Positions 25,728-36,449 of a DNA stretch of 64,000 bases are shown here, one piece after another. Source of the DNA: Parcubacteria group bacterium. Lineage in GTDB: Bacteria; Patescibacteriota; Minisyncoccia; Moranbacterales; UBA9337. The stretch covers positions 119,757-183,756 of the forward strand of contig JBAZSW010000001.1 in the NCBI GenBank assembly GCA_041662245.1, read 5' to 3'. Under the pieces are notes generated by a model. The model was not told the origin of the DNA, searched no databases, and was given only the letters and a program-made list of their open reading frames with translations. A program made the position numbers and the translations under genes. The first letter of the stretch is position 1. Every line of letters begins with the position of its first letter.

Positions 25728-28700
25728 TTAATTAATAAGTTTTAAAGTGGTTCGTTCTTCAGTGTAATTTCCTGCTTTATCATAAGCTCTTATAATTAAG
25801 ATATAAACACCGTTGGGAATATCTTTAGGAGCTATGTAAAAATCTTTATTTTGTTGCCACCAATTATTTTGAACTTGACCCTGATTATTCAAAAGCCTGA
25901 TTCTATAATGACTGAGATTATCATCAGTTGCATCAAAAGTAACCTTATCTGATCGTTTTTTGGTGAGGATTGGTGGAAAAGGTTGGTTAAAAATCGGTTT
26001 TTTGGTATCTATTTTAAGTTTAGCTTTATTAGTAGAAATAAGATTATCGTTTTTGTCATAGCGTTTAATTTTTATTAATCCAGAAAAATTTTCTTTGAAC
26101 TTTAGAATTTTGCTCCATGTGCCACTGGTACCGACTTTAATAGTTTTCCAAAGTTTAGATTTTTTGTAAATTTTAATTGTTCCATTTACTAAAGTATCTT
26201 TAGTACCTTTTATTTTTATGTTCTTTTTCCAAGCATAGATAGTTTTTTTAAATTGGATATTTTTTTTATTAATTTCAATCTTGATGACTCCTATAATATT
26301 TTTGGGGTTGATATTGAAATTAATTATATAATCATTGGTATTCGCATGTCCAATGCCGTCATCACATCGGATATAATAAGCATAAGTGTTCCCATCCGTT
26401 AGATTATTGATGAGAACTGAATGAGTAGTTTCTCCAGTAACAGTAAAAATGTTTGGCATATCAGCATATGCAATGTTTGGAATAGTAGCATATTTACATG
26501 TGGCATTTTTGTCGGTAGTAACGGAAAGATTAATTTCTGTAATATTCTTGTCTAAATCTTCGCTGGGAGAACCATCGGAAATAACCGGCGGGTTAGTTAC
26601 GCAATCAACTGTCACATTATTTATATTAGAGTTAGTAATTGTGCCATTGCCATTGGTCACAGTGCATGTTTGGCCAGTTGGTTGTGTTAGAACAGTAATT
26701 ATATAATTATTACTACTATAAAGAGCTGTAGCAAAGATAAAAGAACCATTAGCAGTAAGCGTTAAATCGTCTTCACTATTATTTTGCAGGGTGACACTCT
26801 CACTAAGTCCAGAGATAACTCCACCGATGGTATAAACTGGGATAGTAATGATAGTGCTAGCATTGACGCTAGCAGAAATATTAGTGGCCATATCGCGAGT
26901 AAAAGCATAAAGAGTTTTGGATCCCTCAGTAGAAAAAGTGTAGCTAACTGGAATAGTTGTAGACCAAGTACAATTGTTGGAATTATTAATTTCACTGAGA
27001 CAATATCCTGTTATGGCAATATTGTCGGTGGCAATAAATGAATCAACTGGAACAGTAAAAGAAGTGACATTTGCAGGTAAAATAAAACTACTAATATTTG
27101 GTGAGGAAGAGTCCTTTATAATAGTATCGGTTATGTCGTTACCCCAATTGTCAGCGGAGTCTTTTAGAGAAGCCGTTAAAGTTAATAGACCATCATTTAA
27201 AGAAGATAAGTCTATAGTAGCTATTTTATCGCTTGAAGTAGCAATAATTCCAGTTCCTGTGACAGCCGAAGTCGTACTATTTGTATCATCAATAGAATAA
27301 TTATAGGTTGTTCCTACTTCCGCGCTAGTGAAAGAGAAAGAGGCGACTGTTGTATTTCCAACGTTAATATATTGAGTATCAAAATTAATGGAATATCCAT
27401 TTGGAGCTATTATGTCTATTACATCAGTGACTGTTACCGAGGCAGAATTTCTTACAGCCACAACGTTGGTGGTTTCATTATTGGCTGATGCTTGGGAAAT
27501 ACTATCAATGACAATCTCTGAATCTGTCGCTATAGAAATAGCATGAAAAATAAAAGTGGCAACGACCGAGTCTGTTGTTATATATTTAGTGGGATTATTG
27601 GTGCAAACTCCAACAATAATAGAAGCTGTTCCATTTATATTATCTATGGAGGCTTCCTCTAATACTACGGACAACTCCGGATCTGTTGAGCATCCTGACG
27701 TCTCTATAGTATCAATGCTACTTAAACTAAATTTGGACGAATCAAAAGTCACATGCAACTCTACCGCTGCCACTTCGTTGGATCCCGGATCAATTTTTGC
27801 AGTTATTATAATGTCGCTTCCTATATCTACTGTGCCTATTGATGGATCAAGGTATAATATACCATCTGCGCAATTAACTATGATATTGGAAACATTGGCA
27901 CTAGAAACTGTACCAGAGCCATTGGTCACTGCACAAATTTGTCCGTCTGGTTGATCATAAACAGTAACATTGTATGAGCTTCCATCATGTAAAGCTGTAA
28001 CAAAATCAAAAGAATCATCAGCAGTAAGCGTTAGATTATCTCCCCCGTTATTTTGTAAGATAACACTGCCATCAAGACCAGAAAGAGTTCCACCAATGGT
28101 GTAGGTTAAAAGAGTAATAATAACTGAATCATTAAAGTTAGTAGAAATATTATTGGATTCATCACGTGCGAAAGCATAGAGAATTTTGTTGCCTTCCGAA
28201 GAAAAAAGGTGGCTAGATGGAATAGTGGCACTCCAAGTGCAAGTATCTGAGTCGTTGGTTTCGCTGATGCAATATTCAGTAACAGCTACATCGTCTGAAG
28301 CTGCAAAAGTGATGGGGGAAACATTAAGGGAATTGGAGGTAGCAGGAATAACGAAATTAGTTATAACGGGAGGAGTAGTGTCAGGGATAGTTGGATAATA
28401 TTCGTCTGCTCCAATATCCCAAGTGTTATCTGGACGACTGTCTCCATCTATATCATTTGAAAAAGAAATATTGCTATCATCACTTAAGTCGGCCCCCTTA
28501 TCAATTGCATCATTGTCAGTTGAAATTAAATGCAATTTTTCAATACCAGCAGTGGTATTTACAAAAGTCAAAGTTTTGTTTCTATAATAAGTATTGAAAG
28601 CGGGGGCAGTGGCGTCTTTAGAAAGATTATTAGTTGAAGTGGCAACGAAAGTTCCTGAATAATCAATGGCATTATTGTATGAAATATTATTTTTAATTAA

Positions 28701-29720
28701 TGTGTGAGTATTTCCAGTAAGAATTCCTATATTATTGCCGTAGATAGTATTATTATATACTGATGCATTATTTGCTCCCGGAGTAGAATAAATTCCATAG
28801 CTAGTTGTTTCGTTAAATCCATAAATAATATTATTCCATATTTTTAGATTTGTTCTAACCGTATTGCAGCGAATGCCGTAGATGTTAGTATTGTAAGCAC
28901 TAGAAACGTATTTAATAATATTATTTTCTATACTTACATTTGATGCCGCAATATTAACAACTACGTCACCGTTATTTTGCGGAGATAAAGAAATTTGCAA
29001 GCCGGAAATTTTAACATTATTGATATTAATAACGAGGGCGGAATTTAGATTACAAGCTAACCGATATTTTGTTGTATCCCATTTCCCTACCGCTCTTTGT
29101 GAATAGTTACTTTCTGTTAGGGTATTATTGGGTGTATAAATCTTTATATAGTGCGTACTATCGGTCGTGTAGCCATTGACAGTAGTTGCAGTTGTATCTG
29201 CAGAAGAATCATAATAGCATGGAATGTTTAGAATATATCCGTTGCCACTTGTTAAATCGCTTGTCCCAAGAAGAATCGATGCGCTTGCGATAGCAGAGTT
29301 AAGAGAAGTGTAAGTATGTTTAATGGAAGTGACACTTGCGGAGCTGACATCAGCTGGTGTCATACCAGTTGCTGTTATGACATTCCAAACACTGGTAGAG
29401 GTTTTGGATGCAATGTAATAAAGAATCGAATCAGCTGAAATAACATCTCCTACGCCGATATTTCCGGTTTGAGCAAAATTGAAAGTAGCTACACCAGAAG
29501 AAATTGATACTGTACAATTTCCGCCAACTGAACAAGTCTGGGCACTGTCATTAATAGAGAGATCAGCTGTTGACTGCCCAACACTATAGTAAACATTGGA
29601 AGTGGCCGATGCAAAAGAAGCGAAAGAGAGTCCGATAAAAAAGAATAACAAAATTATGATTAGTTTGAAATATTTGATCATAGCTAAGTTTTTTTTAATA
29701 TTCCAATCGTTGATAGTCAA
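25728..29720 (-). CDS. Giant secreted/cell-surface protein (1330 aa) with right-handed beta-helix (pectate-lyase-like NN.IYGN repeats) and duplicated Ig-like modules
   Basis: N-terminal signal/TM. Repeated N-rich turns NNIIKYVSS, NNIIYGFN, NNTIYGNNIG, NNISYNN. Two copies each of module TPPVITNFVIPATSNSLNV...CISETNDSDTCTWSATIP and module YTIGGTLSGLDGSVILQNNGGDNLTLTADDSFDFVTAL. Confidence 0.6.
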   Translation of the reverse strand: MTINDWNIKKNLAMIKYFKLIIILLFFFIGLSFASFASATSNVYYSVGQSTADLSINDSAQTCSVGGNCTVSISSGVATFNFAQTGNIGVGDVISADSILYYIASKTSTSVWNVITATGMTPADVSSASVTSIKHTYTSLNSAIASASILLGTSDLTSGNGYILNIPCYYDSSADTTATTVNGYTTDSTHYIKIYTPNNTLTESNYSQRAVGKWDTTKYRLACNLNSALVININNVKISGLQISLSPQNNGDVVVNIAASNVSIENNIIKYVSSAYNTNIYGIRCNTVRTNLKIWNNIIYGFNETTSYGIYSTPGANNASVYNNTIYGNNIGILTGNTHTLIKNNISYNNAIDYSGTFVATSTNNLSKDATAPAFNTYYRNKTLTFVNTTAGIEKLHLISTDNDAIDKGADLSDDSNISFSNDIDGDSRPDNTWDIGADEYYPTIPDTTPPVITNFVIPATSNSLNVSPITFAASDDVAVTEYCISETNDSDTCTWSATIPSSHLFSSEGNKILYAFARDESNNISTNFNDSVIITLLTYTIGGTLSGLDGSVILQNNGGDNLTLTADDSFDFVTALHDGSSYNVTVYDQPDGQICAVTNGSGTVSSANVSNIIVNCADGILYLDPSIGTVDIGSDIIITAKIDPGSNEVAAVELHVTFDSSKFSLSSIDTIETSGCSTDPELSVVLEEASIDNINGTASIIVGVCTNNPTKYITTDSVVATFIFHAISIATDSEIVIDSISQASANNETTNVVAVRNSASVTVTDVIDIIAPNGYSINFDTQYINVGNTTVASFSFTSAEVGTTYNYSIDDTNSTTSAVTGTGIIATSSDKIATIDLSSLNDGLLTLTASLKDSADNWGNDITDTIIKDSSSPNISSFILPANVTSFTVPVDSFIATDNIAITGYCLSEINNSNNCTWSTTIPVSYTFSTEGSKTLYAFTRDMATNISASVNASTIITIPVYTIGGVISGLSESVTLQNNSEDDLTLTANGSFIFATALYSSNNYIITVLTQPTGQTCTVTNGNGTITNSNINNVTVDCVTNPPVISDGSPSEDLDKNITEINLSVTTDKNATCKYATIPNIAYADMPNIFTVTGETTHSVLINNLTDGNTYAYYIRCDDGIGHANTNDYIINFNINPKNIIGVIKIEINKKNIQFKKTIYAWKKNIKIKGTKDTLVNGTIKIYKKSKLWKTIKVGTSGTWSKILKFKENFSGLIKIKRYDKNDNLISTNKAKLKIDTKKPIFNQPFPPILTKKRSDKVTFDATDDNLSHYRIRLLNNQGQVQNNWWQQNKDFYIAPKDIPNGVYILIIRAYDKAGNYTEERTTLKLIN

Positions 29721-29774
29721 TACGTAATCAATTTTAATTTAATTATAAAGATATAAAAATCAAAAGACATTTTA

Positions 29775-32700
29775 TTATTGGCCGAAATTTTGTATAAAAA
29801 GTAATACATCTGAAAGATTGACCGTATTGTCTGAATTTAAATCTCCAGCAATCCCAGTACCAGTCTTTCCGAAATTACCTACAAATATCGCATAATCATA
29901 AATATTAGTTTTGCCATCCCCATTGAGATCACTTGAGGGTGTAATGGGTGAAATTGCTGGCCAGGCTGGCCAATTAGACCAATCACTGGCATTTTCTGCG
30001 CCAGTTGTTCCTCCGTTGCGTTCAATAGTTACTGCTCCACCCGTGCTATCAAATTCAAGAACTCCATTGGCAGTTGTTGAGACAGTAGAAGAATTGCCAG
30101 CCACTGTAACTGTGTAAGTCCCTTCTTGCAAGCCGGTAATAATATGATGAGAGTTATTATTGTCAGCGTATGATAGGGAATATCCAAGACCAGCAACGTC
30201 AGTAAAGATAACCACTGTTGGTTTAGTTGAATCATCAATGTAAGCACCTACGCAGTTTGTTCCTACAATTGTAGATGTATCTGGCATCGTGTCGCTAGTA
30301 CTGGTTGGATATAAAACATTAAGAATATTATCTTTGTTGTTTCCTATATTAGGTCTTACTTCGAACCTCCAGCCACTAGGAATATCATTTGGTTGTTGAG
30401 ACATGGGTCGAATAAAATTATAATTTCCTCGTCCTTCTACCCAAGCTTGATAACCGTTTCCTCCAATTCTTCGAACCTTATAGTCACTGATTGGTAACAA
30501 AATTTTATCGTAAATTCTGGCAGTTCCTTGATCAGCATAAAGCTCAGATGTATCTGATGAGGTGCTAATTCCTTCATCGAGAGTTCCCTCATCTAAGGAC
30601 CATGTTCCATCTGTAGATTGAGGTTGACCAGTAACTACAGGAGGATCAATTAATTTATTATAGGTTCCGGTATGTAACAACCAAGATTTCTGATCATTTC
30701 CATTGATAGCATCCATGCGGTCGTAAACTAATAAATATTTATCATTTAACCATAGATAATCTCTTTTGTAGGAATTTAGTCTTTGAGCAATATTATTATT
30801 TGGTGAGTAGGTGGACCAAGCTGGATAGCAATCATATGCTTTATGAAGATCCATTGAAGCAAAAAGATAATTGTCTTTAGAGTCATCATATGCCAATAAC
30901 TCTCCTCTTGTTAGTTGTTTGCCAATATTTCGAACATCATTCACTGCCTCATATCCAGAAAAGGCTTTAGCATTAGCTCGACCCATGCTGCTAGTGGGTG
31001 GATCAGCTGTTGTAAAATTAAATCTTTGACCCCCGTCGTTCACTGGTCCACCTGATTGATTAACATATTGTCCCTCCGGAAAATTAGGCCATGTTCCACC
31101 ATCTGGGTCTAAAATTAGCATATTATTTCGAGAAACTGTTCTTGTTGTCCATGAAAAATTATAAAGACTTCCTTCGGAATTACCATAATCATAATATGCA
31201 GAAACATTCGCTAGTGGATGGCCGTTTTTCCAAATATAAAAGGATCCTGATTCAAGCGCATTATGAAAATTCCATTCAAAATCAGGAGCAAACATGTGAA
31301 CAACAGTATCATTATTTGTCCAACCAGTACGTGCAACAATGTCTGGTCCCATTTTCTTATATTTTGGAGCGGTGTTTAGCGGTAGATTGGTGACAGTTGG
31401 ATCATACCAAAGCAATTGATAGATTAAAAGTTGATTATTTGGATATCTTAAATAATTTGACCAAGTTGGATTGCCACTCCCATCCACAGTATATTGGCTA
31501 TCAATCCATGATTTAAACCATCCATTTTTATAGTGACCTTCCAGCATGGCCATGGACGACATTTCCAAAGACATTATATTATAATAATTTGCCTCTCCAC
31601 GCGGAATAACTAAATTATCAGGGGTGGTCATATACATAATCCAATAACCGCTTGTTTCAAACTGATGGAGTAACTTATCATCAGCAAACTCGTCAACAGC
31701 TCCATTGGTAGCAGTATTCCATGCTGATGCATAACGACAAAGATGTTGTAGAGGACGACGAGCATACGTTCTAGTTTCAAAAGCCAACGCTCCATCTTCT
31801 ACATCAAGAGAAGATTTAAAATTAAAATATCCCTTTTGCCCCGTGTAACCATCTTGAGCTATTCCTTCAGCCCAGTCCAATAGTTCAACTGCTCTCGGAT
31901 TATCTCCGTAGGTAGCCAAAGCTGCAACTGCAATGCCTGTCCAAGACTGAGTACCATAATTTTGCATATCAGTTAAAACTTCCATATCATTTTTCACACC
32001 ATCTGCATTTGAATTTATGCGATCTATTAAATTTTGTCTCTCAATGGGAGTTAAGCGATCATAAAAATAATCGTATGCTAGAGCATAAGTTTCCATTCCT
32101 ACAGCAGCATATCCAGTGTTTGGAGAATTTTGAGCTGTGATGGCATTGGCTAATTTATTATTAACTTGAGCCATTGCCATATCTGCCCATTGATCACCAT
32201 CTCCAGACAAATATCGAAATGCGCAAAGAGTAACATAATCACGAATATCTTCTATGCTGGAAATATTAGCAGATGCGGAATAAACATTTGCGTAAAGAGC
32301 GTTATATGTATTAGGCATTTGCGTCGTAGCTTTTGTTTTGAGAGCAGTGATATTGTCTGGCGTCATATGAATACGTGGGTGTGTATTTACGATGGGTTGA
32401 AAAGATGGTTTATCTACTGTTAAAATTACTGGAAAACTTTGTTGATAACCGCCTGAACCATTATTCGTATAAAAAGTTACTTTTTCGGATCCGTGCCACG
32501 ATGGATTTTGGGAAAATGAAACAATATGTGTATTTGAATTTATATCAACAACAATATTTGGATGATCATCATTAGAAATAGTAAAAGTCATTCCAGAACT
32601 ATTTGAAAAATAGTCATCCAAATCAAAAGCATTTGTTTTATTATTTCCCTCATTCCATCTTTGATTGGGAATAGATATATAATTAACAACCTTTAAGATA

Positions 32701-34931
32701 ATAGTATTTGAAACGGTGGTTGCAAAATCATCGGAAGCATTAAAAGTAACCGTCTCAGTTCCAAACCAACCGTTTTCTGGTATAAACGTTGGCTTATTGT
32801 CACTATCAATTGAAACTGAAATATGGGGACAATTTGTAATATCAACAGCATAGGTTAAATTATCAAGTGAATTTTGATCATGAAAATAATCATCCAAATC
32901 AAATGGTTTAGTATTAGTTTGATTAGTCATCCAAGTTTGATTTGGAATAAAGGAAGGATGATACGTAACTGTTAATTCTGGACGAGTACTCCCACCTGAA
33001 GTAGTTTTTCGAGCACCTGAAAATTTTTTCCAGTTCTCTATAGTATTTTGTTCAGTAGTTGCTTTAATAATTCCTCCATAGTTGCTTCCTGGGTTATCTA
33101 GCCAATATTGTATTAAATTTGTCACATCGAAGTCATACCAAGTATTCGTTGATGAGATTATTTTATTAGCATATTCGGTAAGATCCCAATCGCCTCCCAG
33201 CGCACTCCATTGAATGTCATTGAGTTTTGCCCAAGTCCAGTTTACTTCACCATCTGCCGCAGATTGATCTATATAAGAAGCTTTTCGGTCGGCTGCCCCC
33301 CAATCTTTAGTTAATCTATATAAGGAAGTTGATAAATTACTACCGTTAGCAGCGCCTTCATCATAAAGCGATAATTGGGCTGAATCAACCGTGACAGATT
33401 CTCCCGGAGGCACCCACGCATCAGTATCAAATTTCCAAAGAAGTCGAAATTGTTGTTTTAAATATCGATCACCAGTAAAAAGTTGTTGATATCTATAGGT
33501 TGTGCCTCCTGCGGAAAATCTTGGATCGACGAAAGCGCCCGTAATTGAATTAGCATCGGATCCGTCGTAACTGGCAGTTGGATAAAATCCATTTTTAAAT
33601 TTAACTGTGGCCTTTCTTTCGGGCGGAGAATTAAAATCTGCCGTGTTGTTTATTGTCAAATGGATAGAATTGCTTAGTTGTTTAAATCCATTTTCATCAC
33701 AAGAAAATACAACAGCTTCTTGGCCGATATAATTAGTTGGTTGGGAAAAAGAAACTTCATGCGTAATGGGATCTATAGATACTTCAATGTTCGGGTTATC
33801 TATTGTAGAGGCCGATGGTGTAACACAAGATTGTAAATAATCATCCAAATCAAAAGTGTTTGTTTTTGTCGTATTTACATCCCAAGATTGATCTGAAATC
33901 GTGACTGTGCGATAAACTTTAAGCGTAATTTGATTAATGTCTATGGATTGTCCTCCGGCAGTACCAGTAAAAGTTATTGTTTCTGTCCCATACCAATTTG
34001 ATTCGGGAGAAAAAGTGACAACATGTGTTGTTGGGTTAATTGAAGTAGTTATGTGTGTCGGTGTGTCAGAACTTTTAATAGCATAAGTAAAAGTATCTCC
34101 ATCAGCGTCATAAAAGTAATTATCCAGATCAATAGTATTTAATGGGGAGCTATTCCAAGCCCATTCTATGTTGGGAATGATTGAAGGTTGCGCTACAACT
34201 GTTAATTTAGGAACATAAATCGTGGGCTGAATAACTGTTCGAAATAATTTAAGATTATTGCTTGCAGGAGATTCTGTATCGGGCTTGATAATTATTCCAT
34301 AATTTTCGGAAGGATGATTCGCCCAATATTGAACGGCATTGATCACATTAAAATTAAAAATTCCAACACCCGTGAGTGTTTTAGAATCTTCGGCTGTTAC
34401 ATTGTAATCGCCACCGCCAGTTCCCCAGTTTATTGTGCCGTATTTTGCTGAATTCCAACACACTTTTTCTGGTTGGGCAAGGGCGTCTCCAACAGCAAAA
34501 TTAACACCATAAGTTTTGTAGGGTCCCCAATCAGTTGTAATGCGATAGGCTGAAACTGGAAGTGCTCCTGGATTAATATCTGTATCTACATACATCTGAA
34601 GATTGGCCGATACTACAGTGGGATTTCCTAGTATATAATCTGAAAAATTATCAAATTTAACAAGGGTTCTATGATTTTCTCCGTTATATCCGATGTAGGC
34701 GCGTTGGTAAGTAAAGTTTGCATGCCCAGTGCTATCAGCAATGGAATTTGAATATCCCCCTTCATAACTTGTAGTGGGATAAATTTTATCTTGTAAAACT
34801 ATCGTCTGTTGTAATATTGGAGCGACAGCAACACAAGTAAGTGGAGATAAAAATAAAAAAGCTATCAGTAGAATAATTTTGTTTGTTAAAATGAATTTGG
34901 CAAATTTTAATTGCCGAAGAAGGAATTGCAT
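29775..34931 (-). CDS. Giant secreted/cell-surface protein (1718 aa) with C-terminal dockerin-like calcium-binding repeats
   Basis: N-terminal signal/TM. Repeated Ig-like 'NxTxxFDLDDYF' modules. The C-terminus DLNGDGKTNIYDYAIFVGNFG ... DLNSDNTVNLSDVLLFIQNFG matches a dockerin type I duplicated F-hand motif. Confidence 0.6.
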   Translation of the reverse strand: MQFLLRQLKFAKFILTNKIILLIAFLFLSPLTCVAVAPILQQTIVLQDKIYPTTSYEGGYSNSIADSTGHANFTYQRAYIGYNGENHRTLVKFDNFSDYILGNPTVVSANLQMYVDTDINPGALPVSAYRITTDWGPYKTYGVNFAVGDALAQPEKVCWNSAKYGTINWGTGGGDYNVTAEDSKTLTGVGIFNFNVINAVQYWANHPSENYGIIIKPDTESPASNNLKLFRTVIQPTIYVPKLTVVAQPSIIPNIEWAWNSSPLNTIDLDNYFYDADGDTFTYAIKSSDTPTHITTSINPTTHVVTFSPESNWYGTETITFTGTAGGQSIDINQITLKVYRTVTISDQSWDVNTTKTNTFDLDDYLQSCVTPSASTIDNPNIEVSIDPITHEVSFSQPTNYIGQEAVVFSCDENGFKQLSNSIHLTINNTADFNSPPERKATVKFKNGFYPTASYDGSDANSITGAFVDPRFSAGGTTYRYQQLFTGDRYLKQQFRLLWKFDTDAWVPPGESVTVDSAQLSLYDEGAANGSNLSTSLYRLTKDWGAADRKASYIDQSAADGEVNWTWAKLNDIQWSALGGDWDLTEYANKIISSTNTWYDFDVTNLIQYWLDNPGSNYGGIIKATTEQNTIENWKKFSGARKTTSGGSTRPELTVTYHPSFIPNQTWMTNQTNTKPFDLDDYFHDQNSLDNLTYAVDITNCPHISVSIDSDNKPTFIPENGWFGTETVTFNASDDFATTVSNTIILKVVNYISIPNQRWNEGNNKTNAFDLDDYFSNSSGMTFTISNDDHPNIVVDINSNTHIVSFSQNPSWHGSEKVTFYTNNGSGGYQQSFPVILTVDKPSFQPIVNTHPRIHMTPDNITALKTKATTQMPNTYNALYANVYSASANISSIEDIRDYVTLCAFRYLSGDGDQWADMAMAQVNNKLANAITAQNSPNTGYAAVGMETYALAYDYFYDRLTPIERQNLIDRINSNADGVKNDMEVLTDMQNYGTQSWTGIAVAALATYGDNPRAVELLDWAEGIAQDGYTGQKGYFNFKSSLDVEDGALAFETRTYARRPLQHLCRYASAWNTATNGAVDEFADDKLLHQFETSGYWIMYMTTPDNLVIPRGEANYYNIMSLEMSSMAMLEGHYKNGWFKSWIDSQYTVDGSGNPTWSNYLRYPNNQLLIYQLLWYDPTVTNLPLNTAPKYKKMGPDIVARTGWTNNDTVVHMFAPDFEWNFHNALESGSFYIWKNGHPLANVSAYYDYGNSEGSLYNFSWTTRTVSRNNMLILDPDGGTWPNFPEGQYVNQSGGPVNDGGQRFNFTTADPPTSSMGRANAKAFSGYEAVNDVRNIGKQLTRGELLAYDDSKDNYLFASMDLHKAYDCYPAWSTYSPNNNIAQRLNSYKRDYLWLNDKYLLVYDRMDAINGNDQKSWLLHTGTYNKLIDPPVVTGQPQSTDGTWSLDEGTLDEGISTSSDTSELYADQGTARIYDKILLPISDYKVRRIGGNGYQAWVEGRGNYNFIRPMSQQPNDIPSGWRFEVRPNIGNNKDNILNVLYPTSTSDTMPDTSTIVGTNCVGAYIDDSTKPTVVIFTDVAGLGYSLSYADNNNSHHIITGLQEGTYTVTVAGNSSTVSTTANGVLEFDSTGGAVTIERNGGTTGAENASDWSNWPAWPAISPITPSSDLNGDGKTNIYDYAIFVGNFGKTGTGIAGDLNSDNTVNLSDVLLFIQNFGQ

Positions 34932-35295
34932 TATATTAAAGATAATTATATAAATTTAACTCTATATGATATGGTTATGTATTTTTTTTAGATTTAGGTT
35001 AATAAAATTATATCATAATTTATTAGACATAAAAAGTGTATATGCAGTCGATATATAAGAATATTGTTCGCTGGGCTAGATATAATCATTGTCGACTATG
35101 TAGCTACTGTTTAGCGTCAATTGGATATCGTATAAATCCTTGCCTAATAGCACTTATGTCTGCTAGAATAAAAAACCATCCTGAATCTAGGCTGGAGCAA
35201 TTGTTCATTGAAATAAGTTTAATGTTTGTGTATTTTTCCTAGAATAAATTGACATAAGTCAACTCAACAACATTATCAGGGAGGCTAAGATTATT

Positions 35296-36000
35296 ATGAC
35301 TAAGAAAAAATTAGAACTCACCACGGTATATGATTTCGTGACTAGCGGAACTACAAGCAGAAGTCATTTGAATTCGGTAGAATGGTTCGCTCTTGTCAAA
35401 GATTCTTTGAATGCTTGTGCAATTATTTTGCCCAAGGTGGCCGAAAATAACAGCGACTCAAGAGGTTTTAAATCTATCCTGAATCATTCGGTCAAAGGTG
35501 GACACAGCAATGAAAAAAGACTTACGCCAAAAGAAGTTGCTGACACTCTACCTAAATCATTGTTTATAAATGATAGGTGGATTTTTATGCCAATAAAGAT
35601 CCTGTCCACCAGTGAGGAAAAAGGTCAATTTTTCGAAAGGCAACTATTCATTTTGGCGGATTGTGCACTTCTGGTTATCGTGGACACGTTTTTTCGCAAA
35701 GAACCTCACCCAGATCAGCGATTAAAGTATGATCCTCCTTTGATTAACGAAAATGTGGTCGGATGTAAAATATCGGCCGCTTCTGAAAAGTTCGGCATAA
35801 CGAATACCGGTTTTGAAGAGACAATTATGCCATATTTCGAAGACCCTGTATTAAAATTGGGAGAGTATATAATTGATCATTTTCTCAACAGTGCCATCAC
35901 TGGGTTAAGAAAGTCCAAAGAAGAAGTGGCCAAGATAGAAGCGGACATGAAACCGTTTTTGGACATTCGGACCCGCTTGGGCATCTGGAATCATCTGTAA
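35296..36000 (+). CDS. Hypothetical protein (234 aa) in a relatively GC-richer block
   Basis: ORF only. Its composition differs from the neighbours. Confidence 0.4.
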   Translation: MTKKKLELTTVYDFVTSGTTSRSHLNSVEWFALVKDSLNACAIILPKVAENNSDSRGFKSILNHSVKGGHSNEKRLTPKEVADTLPKSLFINDRWIFMPIKILSTSEEKGQFFERQLFILADCALLVIVDTFFRKEPHPDQRLKYDPPLINENVVGCKISAASEKFGITNTGFEETIMPYFEDPVLKLGEYIIDHFLNSAITGLRKSKEEVAKIEADMKPFLDIRTRLGIWNHL

Positions 36001-36062
36001 TTCTCTTAAATATGAAATAAATATTGAAATTCTAAATTCAATAGTATTAAGGGAGAACTTTT

Positions 36063-36260
36063 ATGAGCAAAAAATGGGAGGTTCAAAAAATATTCACCCT
36101 TAGATCCGGAGAGCTAGTTAAAACTTTGCCGAAAGGATTAACCGGAAAGGCAGAAGGAAAATACCTAATTATCAAGGTGCCTCGCTACCCGCACAAACTT
36201 AATGGTGTTTATATGGATTGGTGCAGGAGTGTAGGTATTACCAACGGATTTAGTTTGTGA
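36063..36260 (+). CDS. Small hypothetical protein (65 aa)
   Basis: ORF with RBS-like GGGAGAAC upstream. Confidence 0.3.
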   Translation: MSKKWEVQKIFTLRSGELVKTLPKGLTGKAEGKYLIIKVPRYPHKLNGVYMDWCRSVGITNGFSL

Positions 36261-36449
36261 TGTAAGTCCTAAATCATTAATTGCCTCAGGACAGCGAGGC
36301 AATTTTTTTATTTAGTAAAATAACTTTAATAATATTTATCTCTTTTGAATAAAAATAAAATATTCCTTTTTTAATCAATTGATTGACATTTGTGGCAATA
36401 TTTGTTTTGATTATGTAAGGCTCTTTGGATATAAGTTTATTTCAGAGAG

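Noticed and set aside
26449-28597. Several 66-132 aa plus-strand ORFs (26449-26706, 26784-27041, 26974-27300, 27556-27954, 28186-28398, 28391-28597)
   Set aside because: They are nested antisense inside the 1330-aa minus-strand surface-protein gene, whose repetitive Thr/Ser/Asn-rich coding produces open antisense frames. They have no independent signals.
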